Part shown: one piece after another, positions 1 through 13,559 of the stretch
Numbering within the stretch: the first letter of the stretch is position 1
Layout: every line of letters starts with the position of its first letter
Source: Syntrophales bacterium
Lineage (GTDB): Bacteria > Desulfobacterota > Syntrophia > Syntrophales > UBA2210
Direction: 5' to 3'
Assembly: GCA_963666365.2 (NCBI GenBank)
Contig: CAXXNF010000002.1
Location: forward strand, 2,304,001 to 2,368,000
DNA length: 64,000 bases
The notes under the pieces: model-generated
Told to the model about the DNA's origin: nothing
Database searches by the model: none
What the model saw: the letters and a program-made list of their open reading frames with translations, nothing else
Translations under genes and position numbers: made by a program

Positions 1-438
1 TATTGAACCCGGCGCCCGGTGGAACATGGAACCGTGCGTGGCGCGGCCGCCTTTGAATCCATGCCTCTTGACGACTCCGGCGAACCCGCGCCCCTTCGTG
101 ATTCCTACGACATCGACAAAATCTCCCACATTGAAGAGATCGACCTTCAATTCCTGACCGACTTCGTAATTCTCCGGTTCTTCAATCCTGAATTCCTTCA
201 GCACCTTGAAGTACCCCTTGTCGGCTTTTTTCTGGTGTCCCCGCATGGGCAGATTCGTATTTTTTTCAACGGCTCGTTGAAACCCCAGCTGGACGGCACC
301 GTACCCATCGTGATCCTCCGTTTTCTTCTGGATCACCACACAGGGCCCCGCCTCGATGGCGGTCACCGGAATTACCGAACCGTCCTCCCAATAAATCTGG
401 GTCATGCCTAATTTTTTACCTATCAGTCCACGTTCCAT
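1..438 (-). CDS. rplC: 50S ribosomal protein L3 (5' part; runs off the window)
   Basis: Manual minus-strand translation from ATG 438: [33 protein letters not shown]...[35 protein letters not shown]; follows rpsJ. Confidence 0.97.
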   Translation of the reverse strand, partial: [146 protein letters not shown]

Positions 439-471
439 AGCTGATTCAATTCCCGATACTGTTAAATGTAA

Positions 472-510
472 CAAAAAAGGAGGAGATGCTTCTCAACAAT
501 CCATCTCCTC
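472..510 (-). terminator. Intrinsic terminator-like hairpin between rpsJ and rplC
   Basis: 9-bp stem GAGGAGATG/CATCTCCTC (480-488/502-510), followed on the minus strand by a T6 run. Confidence 0.55.
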
Positions 511-522
511 GCTCTTGGATGT

Positions 523-831
523 TTACAACTTTATTTCAACATCGACGCCGGCGGAAAGGTCCAATTTCATAAGGGTGTCAACCGTCGCCTGTGTCGGCTC
601 GATAATGTCGATCAGCCGCTTGTGCGTGCGGATCTCAAACTGCTCTCTCGACTTTTTGTCAACGTGAGGCGACCTGTTCACACAGTACCGGTTGATTACA
701 GTCGGAAGCGGAATGGGACCGGCCACACGGGCGCCTGTCCTCTTGGCAGTTTCGACGATATCCAGAGCCGACCTGTCAAGCAGTTTGTAATCATACGCTT
801 TGAGACGAATTCTTATTTTTTGGCTTTCCAT
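523..831 (-). CDS. rpsJ: 30S ribosomal protein S10
   Basis: [11 protein letters not shown]...GPIPLPT...[21 protein letters not shown]. Confidence 0.99.
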   Translation of the reverse strand: MESQKIRIRLKAYDYKLLDRSALDIVETAKRTGARVAGPIPLPTVINRYCVNRSPHVDKKSREQFEIRTHKRLIDIIEPTQATVDTLMKLDLSAGVDVEIKL

Positions 832-864
832 AGTTCCCTGCGAGTTACTTCCGTTTAGTCTCTG

Positions 865-2058
865 TTACTCAATAATCTGGCTTACGACTCCGGCGCCGAC
901 TGTTCTGCCGCCCTCACGAATCGCGAATCTCAACTGCTCTTCCATGGCGATCGGAGTAATCAGCTCCACGCTCAGTTCGACATTGTCGCCAGGCATCACC
1001 ATCTCGATTCCTTCGGGAAGGTGGGATACGCCGGTCACGTCTGTCGTTCTGAAATAAAACTGGGGGCGATATCCGTCAAAAAACGGAGTATGCCTTCCAC
1101 CCTCTTCTTTAGTCAGCACGTATACCTGCGCCTTGAATTTCGTGTGGGGCGTAATGGAACCGGGTTTGGCTACCACCTGGCCGCGTTCCACTTCCTCGCG
1201 CTTCGTCCCTCTCAAAAGAACGCCGATGTCATCGCCGGCCCGGCCTTCATCCAGCGTTTTTCTGAACATTTCAACGCCGGTGCACACGGTCTTGAAGGTG
1301 GGACGGATTCCTACCACTTCGATTTCCTCGCCGGTCTTGATGATGCCGCGGTCCACTCTACCGGTTACCACAGTGCCGCGTCCCGAAATGGTAAACACGT
1401 CGCCGATGGGCATAAGGAAGGGCTTATCCAGATCACGGGTGGGTTCCGGAATAAATTCATCAACAGCATTCATCAGTTCCCAGATACATTTCACCTCTTC
1501 CGAATTGGAATCGTCGCTCTCAAGAGCCTTGAGGGCGGACCCGCGGATGATCGGAAGGTCGTCGCCGGGAAATTCGTAACTCGTAAGGAGTTCTCTCAGC
1601 TCGAGTTCGACAAGATCAAGAAGTTCGGGGTCGTCAACGAGATCCACCTTGTTCATGAAGACCACAACATAGGGAACCTGCACCTGACGGGCGAGAAGGA
1701 TGTGTTCTCTCGTCTGCGGCATGGGACCGTCAGAAGCGGCCACCACCAGAATCGTACCGTCCATGTGCGCGGCGCCGGAAATCATATTCTTGATATAGTC
1801 GGCATGGCCGGGGCAGTCCACGTGTGCATAGTGCCGTTTGTCGGTTTCGTATTCCACATGGGCGATGTTAATGGTCACGCCGCGCTCCTTTTCTTCAGGG
1901 GCATTGTCGATCTGATCAAAGGCCATATATTGGGCCAACCCCTTCGTTGCGAGATGCTTCGTGATTGCGGCGGTCAGCGTTGTCTTTCCATGATCTACGT
2001 GTCCAATTGTTCCGATATTGAGATGGGGCTTCCTTCTTTCAAATTTCTTCTTCGCCAT
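865..2058 (-). CDS. tuf: Elongation factor Tu
   Basis: [36 protein letters not shown] Shine-Dalgarno 8 nt before ATG 2058. Confidence 0.99.
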   Translation of the reverse strand: MAKKKFERRKPHLNIGTIGHVDHGKTTLTAAITKHLATKGLAQYMAFDQIDNAPEEKERGVTINIAHVEYETDKRHYAHVDCPGHADYIKNMISGAAHMDGTILVVAASDGPMPQTREHILLARQVQVPYVVVFMNKVDLVDDPELLDLVELELRELLTSYEFPGDDLPIIRGSALKALESDDSNSEEVKCIWELMNAVDEFIPEPTRDLDKPFLMPIGDVFTISGRGTVVTGRVDRGIIKTGEEIEVVGIRPTFKTVCTGVEMFRKTLDEGRAGDDIGVLLRGTKREEVERGQVVAKPGSITPHTKFKAQVYVLTKEEGGRHTPFFDGYRPQFYFRTTDVTGVSHLPEGIEMVMPGDNVELSVELITPIAMEEQLRFAIREGGRTVGAGVVSQIIE

Positions 2059-2139
2059 AACCATTACCTCCTTTAGTTAAAATGGACGATAATTTAAATT
2101 CTATTTTCGATGTGTGTATACCGTGCCTCGCTATAAAAG

Positions 2140-2428
2140 TATCTGCCGAGGCACACGCCGTAGTGAATGGACCAGCAGAAACCATAGCACCTATTGAATA
2201 CCGGCCATACGGCCATCCCCTCCTTACCCTCAGTTCCCCCGCATTCCGCCCCTCGATCCTATTCCGGCGCTCCGGTGGTGGGGTCGCAGCATGAACTCAC
2301 CACCGTGGGGGCGCCGCACACGCGCTTATTCCCCTGCCCATGAACGCAAAAAGCCGATAACTCGACTTGTGTAAAAGAACCGCCAGGGCCTATCATTTTG
2401 CTGAGGATGCAACCCTGCGAAAAACTCC
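2140..2428 (-). pseudogene. fusA: Probable decayed remnant of elongation factor G (domains IV-V)
   Basis: Occupies the canonical fusA slot. Colinear degenerate motifs across frames: GV-AG-P, GGSFTQVELSAF, GEFM, RRNRIEG, HY/VPRQI. Confidence 0.55.
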
Positions 2429-2432
2429 ACCC

Positions 2433-2903
2433 TTAGAACCGATAATGAGCAAAGGCCTTGTTCGCCTCGGCCATTTTATGCGTATCTTCCCGCTTCTTTA
2501 CGGAACCGCCTCTATTGCTTGCCGCATCCATCAATTCCGCCGCAAGCTTCTCCATCATGCTTCTCCCGGATCGCCCTACGGCATTGCCGATAACCCATCG
2601 TATCGCCAGTGCAACACGTCTGCCTGCGGGAACTTCCGTCGGTACCTGGTAGGTTGCACCGCCGACCCTTCGGGACTTCACTTCCAATACGGGTTTTACA
2701 TTTTCAAGGGCCCGTTCAAATACCTGAAGGGGATCTTCCTTCATCTTCTCTTCGATAATGTCAAAGGCACCGTAAAGTATCGATTCCGCAACGCTCTTTT
2801 TACCTCTTTTCAGCAAACTATTGATGAAACGAGCTACAAGCACGTTGGTATACTTCGGATCAGGTGTTATCTTTCGCTTCGTTACTTCTCTTCTTCTCGG
2901 CAT
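2433..2903 (-). CDS. rpsG: 30S ribosomal protein S7
   Basis: MPRRREV...[14 protein letters not shown]...[13 protein letters not shown]. Confidence 0.99.
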   Translation of the reverse strand: MPRRREVTKRKITPDPKYTNVLVARFINSLLKRGKKSVAESILYGAFDIIEEKMKEDPLQVFERALENVKPVLEVKSRRVGGATYQVPTEVPAGRRVALAIRWVIGNAVGRSGRSMMEKLAAELMDAASNRGGSVKKREDTHKMAEANKAFAHYRF

Positions 2904-2916
2904 AGCGCATCCCTAA

Positions 2917-3288
2917 TTATTTGGGCCTCTTAGCTCCATATTTTGATCTGCCCTGCTTTCTGTCCTGAACACCGACCGCATCCAGCGCCCCTCGCACGAT
3001 ATGATACCTGACTCCCGGCAAATCCTTCACTCTCCCGCCTCTGACCAGCACCACTGAGTGCTCCTGCAGATTATGACCGATTCCGGGTATGTAGGACGTC
3101 ACCTCGTATCCGCTTGTCAAACGGACCCTGGCAACCTTACGCAACGCGGAGTTGGGCTTTTTGGGCGTCGTCGTATATACTCTGACGCATACCCCTCTTC
3201 GCTGGGGGCAATTCGCCAGTGCAGGTGCAGCAGTCTTCTTCTCTGACTTTGCCCTACCTTTTCGAATCAACTGATTTATCGTCGGCAT
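2917..3288 (-). CDS. rpsL: 30S ribosomal protein S12
   Basis: MPTINQL...[13 protein letters not shown]...[10 protein letters not shown]. Confidence 0.99.
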   Translation of the reverse strand: MPTINQLIRKGRAKSEKKTAAPALANCPQRRGVCVRVYTTTPKKPNSALRKVARVRLTSGYEVTSYIPGIGHNLQEHSVVLVRGGRVKDLPGVRYHIVRGALDAVGVQDRKQGRSKYGAKRPK

Positions 3289-3352
3289 TATTCCTCCGTA
3301 ATATAACCCTGACTACCTGCTTTTTTATAAGCAGCAAAGACGGTGGTTTCTA

Positions 3353-6300
3353 TCAATTCACGGCTTGACTGTCAAGGTTTTTCTCATCGTTTTCATCATT
3401 TATTTGCATATCTTCATCGGCCGGTTTTTCTTCGCCTCGTACCTCTATGCCCAGCTTCTTGTAGGCGGGCAATCCGGCGCCTGCGGGAATGAGCCGTCCC
3501 ATGATCACGTTTTCCTTCAGCCCTCTCAAATAATCGACCTTTCCCGCCATGGCGGCCTCCGTCAGCACCCGCGTTGTCTCCTGGAAGGACGCGGCCGAAA
3601 TAAAGCTGTTCGTGCTGAGCGACGCCTTGGTAATTCCCAGCAGGACAGGCTCCGCCGTCGCCGGCACTCCCCCGGCGGCGAGGGTCCGTTCATTTTCCTC
3701 CTGGAACCGGACACGGTCCACTTGCTCATCGGTAAGGAAGGAAGTATCGCCCGCCTCGGCGACCTTTACTTTCTTGAGCATCTGCCGGACAATGATTTCA
3801 ATATGCTTGTCGTTGATCTTCACTCCCTGGAGTCGATAGACTTCCTGCACCTCGTCCACCAGATAGCGGGCGAGTTCCTTGTCCCCTTTGATCGTCAAAA
3901 TATCGTGGGGATTGCTGGCACCGTCCATAAGAGGCGCACCTGCGATAACCCGATCGCCCTCCTGTACACTGACGTGCTTCCCTTTGGGAATTAAGTATTC
4001 TTTCGGATCACCCACATCAGGCGTAATTACGACTCTTCGCTTGCCTTTCAGATCGTCGCCATAACTTACAATACCGTCTATTTCGGAAATAACGGCGTGC
4101 TCCTTCGGTTTTCGCGCCTCGAAGAGCTCCGCCACACGGGGCAGACCACCGGTGATGTCTTTCGTTTTTGTCGTTTCCCTTGGAATTTTCGCAATAATAT
4201 CGCCGGCCCTTATGAAATCACCTTCCGACACAACAATATTTGCCCCCACGGGCATAAGGTGACGCGCCATGGACTTCGAACCGGGAAGCCTCGCCGTCTT
4301 TCCCTCTACATCTTTTATGGACACACGGGGACGGAGACTCGAATCCTGATGCTCCACGACCACCTTCCGAGAAAGCCCCGTCACCTCATCGACCTGTTCC
4401 TGAATCGTCTTCCCCTCTATAATGTCGCCGAACTTAATTTTTCCATCAACATCGGAAATAATCGGAAGCGAGTAGGGATCCCACTCGGCAATCAGATCTC
4501 CTCTTCGGATACTGTCATGTTCCTTTACCTTCAGGTGCGCACCGTAAGGAACGGGATACTTCCCGCGGTTTCGTCCTTCTTCGTCGATAACGTGAATCTC
4601 ACCGCTCCTGCTCATAGCCACCACACTGCCGTGCTTGTTGGTTGCCACCGAAAGGTTCACGAACTTGAGCATTCCCTCGTGCCGGGCTTCAAGCGTCGAA
4701 TGTTCTTCAAACTTTGCCGTACCGCCGATGTGGAAGGTTCTCATCGTCAACTGCGTGCCCGGCTCACCGATGGACTGGGCGGCAATGATACCGACCGCTT
4801 CACCGATGTTTACCAGATGCCCGTGGGCCAGATCCCTGCCGTAGCATCGTGCGCAGATACCGTACCGCGACTTGCAGGTCAGCGCCGATCGGATCAGTAC
4901 TCGTTCAAGCCCCGCCCTGTCGATTCTCTCGGCCCGGACCTCGTCAATTTCCTCATTCGCCGCCACCAGCAACTCGCCGGTAAAGGGATCGGTCACGTCT
5001 TCCAGGGCCACACGGCCAAGCACACGTTCACCAGCCGTTTCAATTATCTCGCCGCCTTCCACAAGGGCAGACACATAAATGCCGTCAAGGGTCCCACAGT
5101 CGTCTTCGCTGACGATTGCATCCTGGGCCACATCAACAAGTCGACGAGTCAGATACCCCGAGTTGGCTGTCTTCAGAGCCGTGTCGGCGAGCCCCTTTCG
5201 GGCTCCGTGGGTGGAAATAAAGTATTGCAGTACCGAAAGGCCCTCTCTGAAATTTGCCGTAATCGGGGTCTCAATAATTTCCCCCGAGGGTTTGGCCATA
5301 AGACCCCTCATTCCTGCGAGCTGCCTGATCTGGGCAGCGCTTCCCCTTGCACCTGAATCGGCCATCATGTAAATGGGATTGAAACTGTCTACAAGCACTT
5401 TCTCGCCCTCGGGACTTTCAATCTCATCGGTGGCGATATCTCTCAGCATCTCGTCGGCCACCCGTTCCGTCGCATGGGCCCAGATGTCGATTACCTTGTT
5501 GTAGCGCTCGCCGTCAGTAATCAGACCCTCCATGTACTGTTTCTGGATCTCCAGTACGTCATTCTTCGCCCTGTCGACAATATCCGTTTTTCCCGGCGGG
5601 ATAGCCATGTTGCCGATCGCAATGGAAAGCCCGGACACCGTCGCGTACTTGAAGCCCAGATCTTTCAGCCTGTCGGCAAGAATTACCGTGGTCTTCGCAC
5701 CACATGCCCGGTAGGAATAGTCGATGAGATTCGACAGTTCTTTTTTCGTCATCACCTTGTTGACAAACTCGAAGGGAATGCTTTCGGGAATTATTTCATA
5801 GAGAAGCATCCTTCCCACCGTCGTATCGACGAGGGTCCCGTTCATCCTCACCTTGATTTTCGCCTGAAGTTCCGCCTGCCCGGCATCATAGGCGGAACGC
5901 ACCTCTTCGGGATCGGCAAAGGTCATGCCGCTTCCCTTGAGAAACTCTTTGGACCGCGTCATATAATATATGCCGAGCACAATATCCTGGTTGGGCACGA
6001 TGATCGGTTTTCCGTTTGCCGGAGAGAGAATATTGTTAGTCGACATGATCAGACACCGGGCCTCTACCTGGGCCTCTATGGAGAGCGGCACGTGCACCGC
6101 CATCTGATCGCCGTCGAAGTCGGCATTGAAGGCCTGGCATACGAGAGGATGAAGCTGGATGGCCTTCCCTTCTATCAGAACAGGTTCAAAGGCCTGGATT
6201 CCCAGCCTGTGGAGCGTCGGGGCGCGGTTCAGCAGCACAGGATATTCCCTCACTACTTCGTCCAGTGCGTCCCATACCTCCGGGGCCTCCCGTTCGACCA

Positions 6301-7501
6301 TTTTCTTGGCGCTTTTTACGGTCGTTACGTAGCCCTTTTCTTCAAGGCGGTTGTAAATAAAGGGCTTGAAAAGCTCCAGGGCCATTTTTTTAGGAAGACC
6401 GCATTGGTGGAGACGAAGATCGGGACCGACGGTAATAACCGATCGTCCTGAATAGTCCACCCTTTTCCCGAGGAGATTTTGTCTGAATCGGCCCTGTTTT
6501 CCTTTGAGCATATCCGAAAGTGAACGCAGGGGCCGTTTATTCGAACCGGTGACTGCTCTTCCCCGCCTTCCGTTATCGAAGAGTACGTCGACGGCCTCCT
6601 GAAGCATGCGCTTCTCGTTCCGGATTATAATTTCCGGCGCGTTGAGCTCCAAAAGACGTCTGAGCCGATTGTTTCTGTTTACCACTCGCCGGTAAAGATC
6701 GTTCAGGTCGGAAGTGGCAAATCGCCCCCCGTCAAGCGGCACCAGGGGTCTCAAATCAGGAGGGATCACCGGCAGGACCGTCAGGATCATCCACTCCGGC
6801 CTGTTGCCCGAAGCCCTGAGCGTTTCCACCACTTTCAATCTTTTGACCAGTTTTTTGCGCTTTGTGTCGGAGGTGGCCGTTTCAAGCTCCTGCCGGAGTT
6901 CCGCATCCAGGCTTTCCAGATCGATCTCTTCCAGCAGTTTTCGAATGGACTCGGCGCCCATTCCCGCTTCAAAACCGTCGGGACCGTACTCTTCCCTCAA
7001 TTCAAAGTACTGCTCCTCGTAAAGGAGTTCTTTCTTCTTCAACGGGGTGTCTTTCGGATCCGTGACGATCCATGATTCGAAATACAGGACCCTTTCCAGT
7101 TCTTTGAGCGTCAGATCAAGAAGATTTCCTATCCTGCTGGGCAGACTCTTCAAAAACCATATGTGCGCCACCGGCGCGGCAAGGACGATATGTCCCATCC
7201 GATCCCGGCGGACCTTCGACTGGATCACCTCAACCCCGCACTTTTCGCAGACAATGCCGCGATGTTTCATGCGCTTATATCTTCCGCAGAGACACTCGTA
7301 ATCCTTGACCGGTCCGAAAATCTTTGCACAGAAAAGGCCGTCCCGCTCCGGTTTGAAGGTTCTGTAATTTATGGTTTCCGGTTTCTTGACTTCACCATGA
7401 GACCAGGAAAGTATCTTCTCCGGCGAGGCCAGAGATATCTTTACGGCATTAAACTTTACCGGATCTTTCGGTTTTTCGAAAAAACCAAATATATCTTCCA
7501 C
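3353..7501 (-). CDS. rpoC: RNA polymerase beta' subunit
   Basis: 1382 aa; NADFDGD catalytic motif, Zn-finger cysteines, [13 protein letters not shown]. Confidence 0.99.
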   Translation of the reverse strand: MEDIFGFFEKPKDPVKFNAVKISLASPEKILSWSHGEVKKPETINYRTFKPERDGLFCAKIFGPVKDYECLCGRYKRMKHRGIVCEKCGVEVIQSKVRRDRMGHIVLAAPVAHIWFLKSLPSRIGNLLDLTLKELERVLYFESWIVTDPKDTPLKKKELLYEEQYFELREEYGPDGFEAGMGAESIRKLLEEIDLESLDAELRQELETATSDTKRKKLVKRLKVVETLRASGNRPEWMILTVLPVIPPDLRPLVPLDGGRFATSDLNDLYRRVVNRNNRLRRLLELNAPEIIIRNEKRMLQEAVDVLFDNGRRGRAVTGSNKRPLRSLSDMLKGKQGRFRQNLLGKRVDYSGRSVITVGPDLRLHQCGLPKKMALELFKPFIYNRLEEKGYVTTVKSAKKMVEREAPEVWDALDEVVREYPVLLNRAPTLHRLGIQAFEPVLIEGKAIQLHPLVCQAFNADFDGDQMAVHVPLSIEAQVEARCLIMSTNNILSPANGKPIIVPNQDIVLGIYYMTRSKEFLKGSGMTFADPEEVRSAYDAGQAELQAKIKVRMNGTLVDTTVGRMLLYEIIPESIPFEFVNKVMTKKELSNLIDYSYRACGAKTTVILADRLKDLGFKYATVSGLSIAIGNMAIPPGKTDIVDRAKNDVLEIQKQYMEGLITDGERYNKVIDIWAHATERVADEMLRDIATDEIESPEGEKVLVDSFNPIYMMADSGARGSAAQIRQLAGMRGLMAKPSGEIIETPITANFREGLSVLQYFISTHGARKGLADTALKTANSGYLTRRLVDVAQDAIVSEDDCGTLDGIYVSALVEGGEIIETAGERVLGRVALEDVTDPFTGELLVAANEEIDEVRAERIDRAGLERVLIRSALTCKSRYGICARCYGRDLAHGHLVNIGEAVGIIAAQSIGEPGTQLTMRTFHIGGTAKFEEHSTLEARHEGMLKFVNLSVATNKHGSVVAMSRSGEIHVIDEEGRNRGKYPVPYGAHLKVKEHDSIRRGDLIAEWDPYSLPIISDVDGKIKFGDIIEGKTIQEQVDEVTGLSRKVVVEHQDSSLRPRVSIKDVEGKTARLPGSKSMARHLMPVGANIVVSEGDFIRAGDIIAKIPRETTKTKDITGGLPRVAELFEARKPKEHAVISEIDGIVSYGDDLKGKRRVVITPDVGDPKEYLIPKGKHVSVQEGDRVIAGAPLMDGASNPHDILTIKGDKELARYLVDEVQEVYRLQGVKINDKHIEIIVRQMLKKVKVAEAGDTSFLTDEQVDRVRFQEENERTLAAGGVPATAEPVLLGITKASLSTNSFISAASFQETTRVLTEAAMAGKVDYLRGLKENVIMGRLIPAGAGLPAYKKLGIEVRGEEKPADEDMQINDENDEKNLDSQAVN

Positions 7502-7555
7502 TGGATATAACTCCCTTTATGCTCGTTTTTGAAAACGTTTCAAGCAGACCGGCGT

Positions 7556-10500
7556 CTACTCGTTCTCAAGCAATTCCACATCGATCGAAAGGCCCTGCAG
7601 TTCTTTTACAAGGACGTTAAAGGATTCGGGAAGCCCCGGTTCCAAGGTATGGTCCCCCTTCACGATCGCTTCATACATCCGTGTGCGTCCCGCCACATCA
7701 TCAGATTTGACGGTCAGAAATTCCTGTAACGAGTATGCGGCGCCATAGGCTTCGATGGCCCACACTTCCATTTCGCCAAGTCGCTGGCCGCCGAACTGCG
7801 CCTTGCCTCCCAGCGGCTGCTGTGTAACCAGTGAATAGGGCCCGATCGACCTGGCATGAATCTTATCATCAACCAAGTGATGCAGCTTGAGCATATATAT
7901 CATTCCCACAGTGACATTCTGATCAAAGGGAAGGCCGGTCCTTCCGTCATAGAGTCGCGTCTGTCCCGTGACCGGAAGCTCCGCCATGGCCAGCATATCG
8001 CAGATTTCTTCTTCCTGCGCGCCGTCGAAGACGGGAGACGCCATGGGGATACCCTTGCTGATTCTGCCCAGGAATCTCCGCATGTCGCTATCGGAAGCGC
8101 CATCGACAAAGGAGGCAAACTCCTTTGTTTCATAGATGCGCTTCAATTCGTTCTTCAGGGAATCGCTTTGTCTGTAGTCATCGCACAATTTCTGTACCCT
8201 GTCCCCGAGGGCTTTGGCGGCCCATCCCAGGTGCGTCTCAAGAATCTGACCCACATTCATTCGCGAGGGGACACCGAGGGGATTTAATACAATGTCAACG
8301 GGGGTCCCGTCTTCAAAAAAGGGCATATCTTCTTCGGGAAGGATTCTTGACAAAACGCCTTTATTCCCATGGCGGCCCGCCATTTTGTCCCCTACCGACA
8401 GTTTTCTCTTTATGGCCACATACACCTTTACCAGCTTAATCACCCCAGGCGGAAGCTCATCCCCCGCCTTGACCTTCTCTATCTTCTCTTCAAAAAATGC
8501 CTCTATGACTTCAATTTTTCTGGCAAGATTAGAAAAGATGGTCCGCACTTTTCCATCTGCCATCTCATTGTCCAGGGAAATTTCCTTCCAAAGGCTGAAA
8601 GGGATTGCCTCAAGCTTTTCTCCGGTAATTTCTTCACCCTTCTTGAGCAGCACTTTTTTCTTTGCTGCATCGGCAAGTCTGGAAAGTGAAGTGCATCCCA
8701 CAATGAGATCATAGACCTTCCGCTTCACGCTTTCATTGATTATCTTGATCTCGTCGTCGCGGTCCTTCAGCAGCCGGTTGATTTCTTCATCCTCTATATC
8801 CTGCGACCGTCCATCTTTTTCCGTGCCCTTCCTGGTAAATATCTTTGCATCGACTACGGTGCCCTCCACGCCGGGGGGTACATGAAGCGACGTATCGCGG
8901 ACGTCTCCGGCTTTCTCTCCGAATATGGCCCGCAAGAGTTTCTCTTCAGGTGAAAGCTGCGTTTCACCCTTTGGAGTCACCTTCCCCACCAGAATATCGC
9001 CGGCCTTTACCGACACGCCGATTCTTGCAATACCGCTTTCATCAAGATTACGAAGCACCTCATCACCCACGTTGGGGATATCCCTGGTGATCTCCTCTTT
9101 GCCGAGTTTGGTGTCGCGGGCAACCGTTTCAAACTCCTCGATATGGACCGATGTATAGATATCTTCCTTCACTATCCGTTCGCTTACGAGAATCGAGTCC
9201 TCGTAATTGTAGCCCCCCCAGGACATAAATGCCACCATGACGTTTCTGCCCAGCGCCAGCTCCCCGTTTTCCGTCGAAGGACCATCGGCGATAATGTCGC
9301 CCCGATCCACCCGATCTCCTCTGTTGACGATCGGTTTGTGATTGAAACAGGTATCCTGATTCGACCGTTGGTATTTGATGAGGTTGTAGATGTCGACACC
9401 AGTGTCGAACTGATCCTCCCCCTCGACATCGGCCTTGATCACGATTCTTGAGGCGTCCACATCCTCGACTATACCCGATCGCTTCGCCACTATTACGGCG
9501 CCGGAGTCGCGGGCAACCACCATCTCCATGCCCGTGCCCACCAGTGGGGCTTCGGGTTGCATGAGCGGCACCGACTGGCGCTGCATATTGGAACCCATAA
9601 GCGCGCGGTTTGCATCATCGTGCTCAAGGAAGGGAATCAGACCGGCGGCAACGCTTATAAGCTGGTTGGGCGACACATCCATCAGGGTGATCTCGCTCGG
9701 ATCGACGGTTACATAATCACCGCCCTTCTTGGCCGTTACCAGCTGCTCCACAAACCTTCCCTCAGAATCGAGCGCGCTGTCGGCCTGAGCGATAACCTGG
9801 TTTTCCTCTTCCATTGCCGTCAGATAGCGTATTTCATCGAGCACCTGGCCATCTTTCACAAGAATGGAAGGCGTCTCGATGAATCCGAATTCGTTTACAC
9901 GCGCGTAGGTGCTGAGCGACACGATAAGACCGATATTCGGTCCTTCCGGCGTTTCCACCGGACATATGCGGCCGTAATGGGTATTGTGCACGTCACGCAC
10001 CTCGAAACCGGCCCGCTCTCTCGTCAATCCTCCCGGACCCAGGGCCGACAACCGCCGCTTGTGAGTAACTTCGGAAAGCGGATTGGTCTGATCCATGAAC
10101 TGCGACAACTGACTGCTGCCGAAAAATTCGTTTACCACCGCAGTGACCGGTTTCGCATTGGCCAGATCATGGGGCATCATGGTCTCTACATCGAGGAGAC
10201 TCATCTTTTCCTTGATGGCCCGTTCCATGCGGACAAGTCCGATCCGGTATTGATTTTCTATAAGTTCCCCTACCGACCGGATTCTTCGATTTCCCAAATG
10301 GTCGATATCGTCTATGCTGTACTCGCTTACCCCGTTTTTGAGGTTCACCAGGTATTTGACGGCTTCGAGCACATCTTCTCTTCTGAGCACCGTGACATCG
10401 GTGGGAACATTGAGATCGAGCTTGTAATTGAGCTTCGCGCGACCGACGTTTGAAAGATCATAACTATGGGTGGAGAAGAAGAGGTTGTTAAAGAACCTTT

Positions 10501-11644
10501 TCGCCGTATCAAGCGTAGGAGGGTTGCTGGGTCGCAATCTGCGGTATATATCGATGATCGCCTCTTCTTCCGTGTCGATTTTGTCTTGAATGAGGGTATC
10601 CCTGATATAGGCGTCCGTCCCATCTTCATCGAGTTGAATAATTTCAACCTCTTTGGTGCCGTTATCTCTTAGCAGTGCAATCTTGTCTTCCGTGAGCGTT
10701 TCATTGCAAAGGAGGAGCACCTCCTCCGTCTCCGGATTTTTCACTGATGACGCCAGGATCTTGCCGATGAGATAGTCCATCCCGACGTCCACATGCTTTA
10801 TATCGGCGTCTTCCATTCTTTTCAGACCGGCCTTGGTAATTTTACGACCCTTTTTGACCATGACCTCCCCGGTCTTCGGATTGATGATATCCGCCGGCGC
10901 CCGTTCCCCGACGATCGCATCGCCGACAACGAGCCGGAAGTCATCATCCTCAAAGACCACTTTCTCAATACTGTTGAAGTATCGCAGGAGTTCCTCGCTT
11001 CCGTACCCCATCGCCTTGAGAAGGATCGTCACCGGCATTTTACGCCGCCTGTCGATCCGCGCATAGACCAGATCTTTGGGATCAAACTCCAGATCGAGCC
11101 AGGATCCCCTGATAGGTATGATGCGAGCCGAGAATATGAGTTTGCCGCTGGAATGTGTCTTCCCCTTGTCATGGTCGAAAAATATCCCCGGAGATCGGTG
11201 AAGCTGGCTGACAATCACCCGCTCCGTTCCGTTGATAAGGAAGGTGCCCTTCTCCGTCATTAAGGGAATCTCTCCGAAGTAAATTTCCTGTTCCTTGATA
11301 TCTCTGATGATCCTCTGTTCATCTCCGCGACCGGAATCAAACACGACAAGGCGCACCACTATCTTCAGCGGGGCGTTATAGGTCATCCCCTTCTGGATGC
11401 ACTCCTTGACATCATAGCGCGCCCTCCCGATCTTGTAGCTTACAAACTCAAGAGAGCACTTTTCACCGAAATCCGTAATGGGAAAGACACTCTGAAAGGC
11501 ACCTTGAAGGCCGATGCTTGCCCTTTTTTCCGGGGGCACATCGGCCTGAAGGAATTTTTCATAGGATTTCCTTTGAATTTCAATGAGATTGGGAATATCA
11601 ACAATCTTCTTTATACGACCAAAACTCTTTCTCGCCTTTACCAT
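7556..11644 (-). CDS. rpoB: RNA polymerase beta subunit
   Basis: 1362 aa; [47 protein letters not shown]. Confidence 0.99.
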   Translation of the reverse strand: MVKARKSFGRIKKIVDIPNLIEIQRKSYEKFLQADVPPEKRASIGLQGAFQSVFPITDFGEKCSLEFVSYKIGRARYDVKECIQKGMTYNAPLKIVVRLVVFDSGRGDEQRIIRDIKEQEIYFGEIPLMTEKGTFLINGTERVIVSQLHRSPGIFFDHDKGKTHSSGKLIFSARIIPIRGSWLDLEFDPKDLVYARIDRRRKMPVTILLKAMGYGSEELLRYFNSIEKVVFEDDDFRLVVGDAIVGERAPADIINPKTGEVMVKKGRKITKAGLKRMEDADIKHVDVGMDYLIGKILASSVKNPETEEVLLLCNETLTEDKIALLRDNGTKEVEIIQLDEDGTDAYIRDTLIQDKIDTEEEAIIDIYRRLRPSNPPTLDTAKRFFNNLFFSTHSYDLSNVGRAKLNYKLDLNVPTDVTVLRREDVLEAVKYLVNLKNGVSEYSIDDIDHLGNRRIRSVGELIENQYRIGLVRMERAIKEKMSLLDVETMMPHDLANAKPVTAVVNEFFGSSQLSQFMDQTNPLSEVTHKRRLSALGPGGLTRERAGFEVRDVHNTHYGRICPVETPEGPNIGLIVSLSTYARVNEFGFIETPSILVKDGQVLDEIRYLTAMEEENQVIAQADSALDSEGRFVEQLVTAKKGGDYVTVDPSEITLMDVSPNQLISVAAGLIPFLEHDDANRALMGSNMQRQSVPLMQPEAPLVGTGMEMVVARDSGAVIVAKRSGIVEDVDASRIVIKADVEGEDQFDTGVDIYNLIKYQRSNQDTCFNHKPIVNRGDRVDRGDIIADGPSTENGELALGRNVMVAFMSWGGYNYEDSILVSERIVKEDIYTSVHIEEFETVARDTKLGKEEITRDIPNVGDEVLRNLDESGIARIGVSVKAGDILVGKVTPKGETQLSPEEKLLRAIFGEKAGDVRDTSLHVPPGVEGTVVDAKIFTRKGTEKDGRSQDIEDEEINRLLKDRDDEIKIINESVKRKVYDLIVGCTSLSRLADAAKKKVLLKKGEEITGEKLEAIPFSLWKEISLDNEMADGKVRTIFSNLARKIEVIEAFFEEKIEKVKAGDELPPGVIKLVKVYVAIKRKLSVGDKMAGRHGNKGVLSRILPEEDMPFFEDGTPVDIVLNPLGVPSRMNVGQILETHLGWAAKALGDRVQKLCDDYRQSDSLKNELKRIYETKEFASFVDGASDSDMRRFLGRISKGIPMASPVFDGAQEEEICDMLAMAELPVTGQTRLYDGRTGLPFDQNVTVGMIYMLKLHHLVDDKIHARSIGPYSLVTQQPLGGKAQFGGQRLGEMEVWAIEAYGAAYSLQEFLTVKSDDVAGRTRMYEAIVKGDHTLEPGLPESFNVLVKELQGLSIDVELLENE

Positions 11645-11701
11645 AGTGTTCCTTAGATTTTCCTGTAAGATCGATAATTGTCCCCAGGGGACAGCATAGA
11701 A

Positions 11702-12091
11702 TTACTTAATCTCCACAGTCCCGCCGACTTCTTCAATCTTCTTTTTGATATCCTCGGCTTCGTCCTTGGACACACCTTCCTTGACTGCCTTCGGTACGCC
11801 CTCCACAAGATCCTTGGCTTCTTTAAGCCCCAGACCGGTGATCGCCCGCACTACCTTGATGACCTGAATTTTCTGTTCCCCAAATCCGGTCAGCATCGCG
11901 TCAAACTCCGTTTTCTCTTCCTCCTGGGCCGCCTGTGCAGGACCTGCTCCCGCCGCCGCCACGGCTACCGGCGCCGCCGCCGATACGCCGAGACGCTCTT
12001 CCAATTCCTTTACCATTTCTGAAAGTTCCAGAACGGTCATATTTTCGATAAATGCAATAAAATCTTCCTTGGTAATTTTTGCGTCTGTCAT
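11702..12091 (-). CDS. rplL: 50S ribosomal protein L7/L12
   Basis: Ala-rich hinge, [31 protein letters not shown]. Confidence 0.99.
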   Translation of the reverse strand: MTDAKITKEDFIAFIENMTVLELSEMVKELEERLGVSAAAPVAVAAAGAGPAQAAQEEEKTEFDAMLTGFGEQKIQVIKVVRAITGLGLKEAKDLVEGVPKAVKEGVSKDEAEDIKKKIEEVGGTVEIK

Positions 12092-12116
12092 GTTTCTATT
12101 CCTTCCTGTATAAATT

Positions 12117-12641
12117 CTAGTTTGTCTCTTCTTGTTTCATTCGATAGGCGTTCAGCACCTGCACGAAACCACGAGGCACCCCGCTGAGAACCGTGACAAG
12201 CTGTGTGGGAACCGCCACAAAGAGAGAAAGCAGCTTCCCAAGAAGCACTTCCCTGCTGGGAAGTTCCGCCAGCGCCGCCAACTGCGACTTGTCCAGCGTC
12301 GATCCCTCAAGCACGCCGCCCTTAATTTCCAGGGCTGCGTTCTTTTTTGCGAATTCCACCAGCGCTTTTGTCGGTGCAACAACATCCCCGAAGTTAAGAA
12401 CAAGTGCCCGCGGTCCCTTTAAGTGTTCTTCAAGTCCCGTAAAATCTGTTTCCTTGATGGCCAGATTCAGGAGATTGTTCTTAACGACGCGCACTTCACT
12501 TCCCGACTTTCGGAGTTCGTTTCTCAGTTCATTGAATTCCTTGACTTTGATACCTCTGTAATCCGTGAGTATCGCTATCTTTGCACGCGAGAGCTTTTCA
12601 TGAAGTTCCGCTACGATTTGTTCCTTGGTCCTCCGGTCCAA
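12117..12641 (-). CDS. rplJ: 50S ribosomal protein L10
   Basis: DYRG...VVKNNL...[11 protein letters not shown] start at 12641 with a GGAGG Shine-Dalgarno. Confidence 0.96.
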   Translation of the reverse strand: MDRRTKEQIVAELHEKLSRAKIAILTDYRGIKVKEFNELRNELRKSGSEVRVVKNNLLNLAIKETDFTGLEEHLKGPRALVLNFGDVVAPTKALVEFAKKNAALEIKGGVLEGSTLDKSQLAALAELPSREVLLGKLLSLFVAVPTQLVTVLSGVPRGFVQVLNAYRMKQEETN

Positions 12642-12744
12642 TACGTGGCCTCCTTTCAACACATATTTTTTATCATCGTACACATGATAAATGATGAAAC
12701 TATTTGAAAGTCAGACCGCTCTACAGGAAGAAATACTACACACT

Positions 12745-12810
12745 GCCATTGTCTAGGCAGGCCGACTGCGCTCGTTTAAACATTCTTCCGTACCTGCTGT
12801 CTTTGACTTT
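12745..12810 (-). promoter_or_regulatory. L10 ribosomal protein leader (autoregulatory RNA)
   Basis: Minus strand reads AAAGACAGCAGG...TTTAAA...CCTGCCTAGAC between rplA and rplJ, the typical L10-leader pattern. Confidence 0.75.
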
Positions 12811-12826
12811 ACTTTTTTTGTTTTAC

Positions 12827-13537
12827 TTAACCGACCCTCAGGCTGTTCCTCACATCCATCGTATCTACTTTTACTCCCGGCCCCATGGTTGTAGAGAGAG
12901 AAATGTTCTTCAGGTATGTTCCCTTGCTCGATGCGGGTTTGAGTTTAATAGTCGTCTCTATAAGGGCCAGGATGTTTTCAATCAGTTTCTCTGCTCCGAA
13001 GGATACCTTCCCCACAGGACTGTGCACAATGCCGGCCTTTTCCACTCGGAATTCGACCTGTCCCGCTTTAAGCTCAGTCACTGCAGCCTTTACATCGAAA
13101 GTAACCGTTCCTACCTTGGGATTGGGCATCAATCCTCGCGGTCCGAGAATCTTTCCCAGTTTTCCGACGCTGCCCATCATATCGGGAGTGGCCACAACCC
13201 TGTCGAACTCGAGCCACCCTTCCTTTATCTTCTCAACCATATCGTCGGCGCCGACATAATCGGCCCCTGCATCCCGGGCCTCTTTTTCTTTTTCGCCTTT
13301 TGCAAAGACCAAGACCCTGACGGTTTTGCCGAGACCGTTGGGGAGGACCACGCTTCCCCGAACCATCTGGTCGGCATGCTTCGGATTCACTCCCAAGCGA
13401 ACGGCAACATCGACAGTCTCATCAAATTTCGCCCTGCCGGTACCGACGACCATCTCCACCGCCTCTTTGAGGGGGTACCGCTTCCCCGGCTCTACCTTTG
13501 CCCTTTGCTCCGCATATCCCTTGCCACTGTGTGCCAT
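12827..13537 (-). CDS. rplA: 50S ribosomal protein L1
   Basis: KFDETVD...[12 protein letters not shown]...[17 protein letters not shown]...STTMGPG. Confidence 0.98.
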   Translation of the reverse strand: MAHSGKGYAEQRAKVEPGKRYPLKEAVEMVVGTGRAKFDETVDVAVRLGVNPKHADQMVRGSVVLPNGLGKTVRVLVFAKGEKEKEARDAGADYVGADDMVEKIKEGWLEFDRVVATPDMMGSVGKLGKILGPRGLMPNPKVGTVTFDVKAAVTELKAGQVEFRVEKAGIVHSPVGKVSFGAEKLIENILALIETTIKLKPASSKGTYLKNISLSTTMGPGVKVDTMDVRNSLRVG

Positions 13538-13559
13538 TTTCACAAAACCTCGGTCTTCT

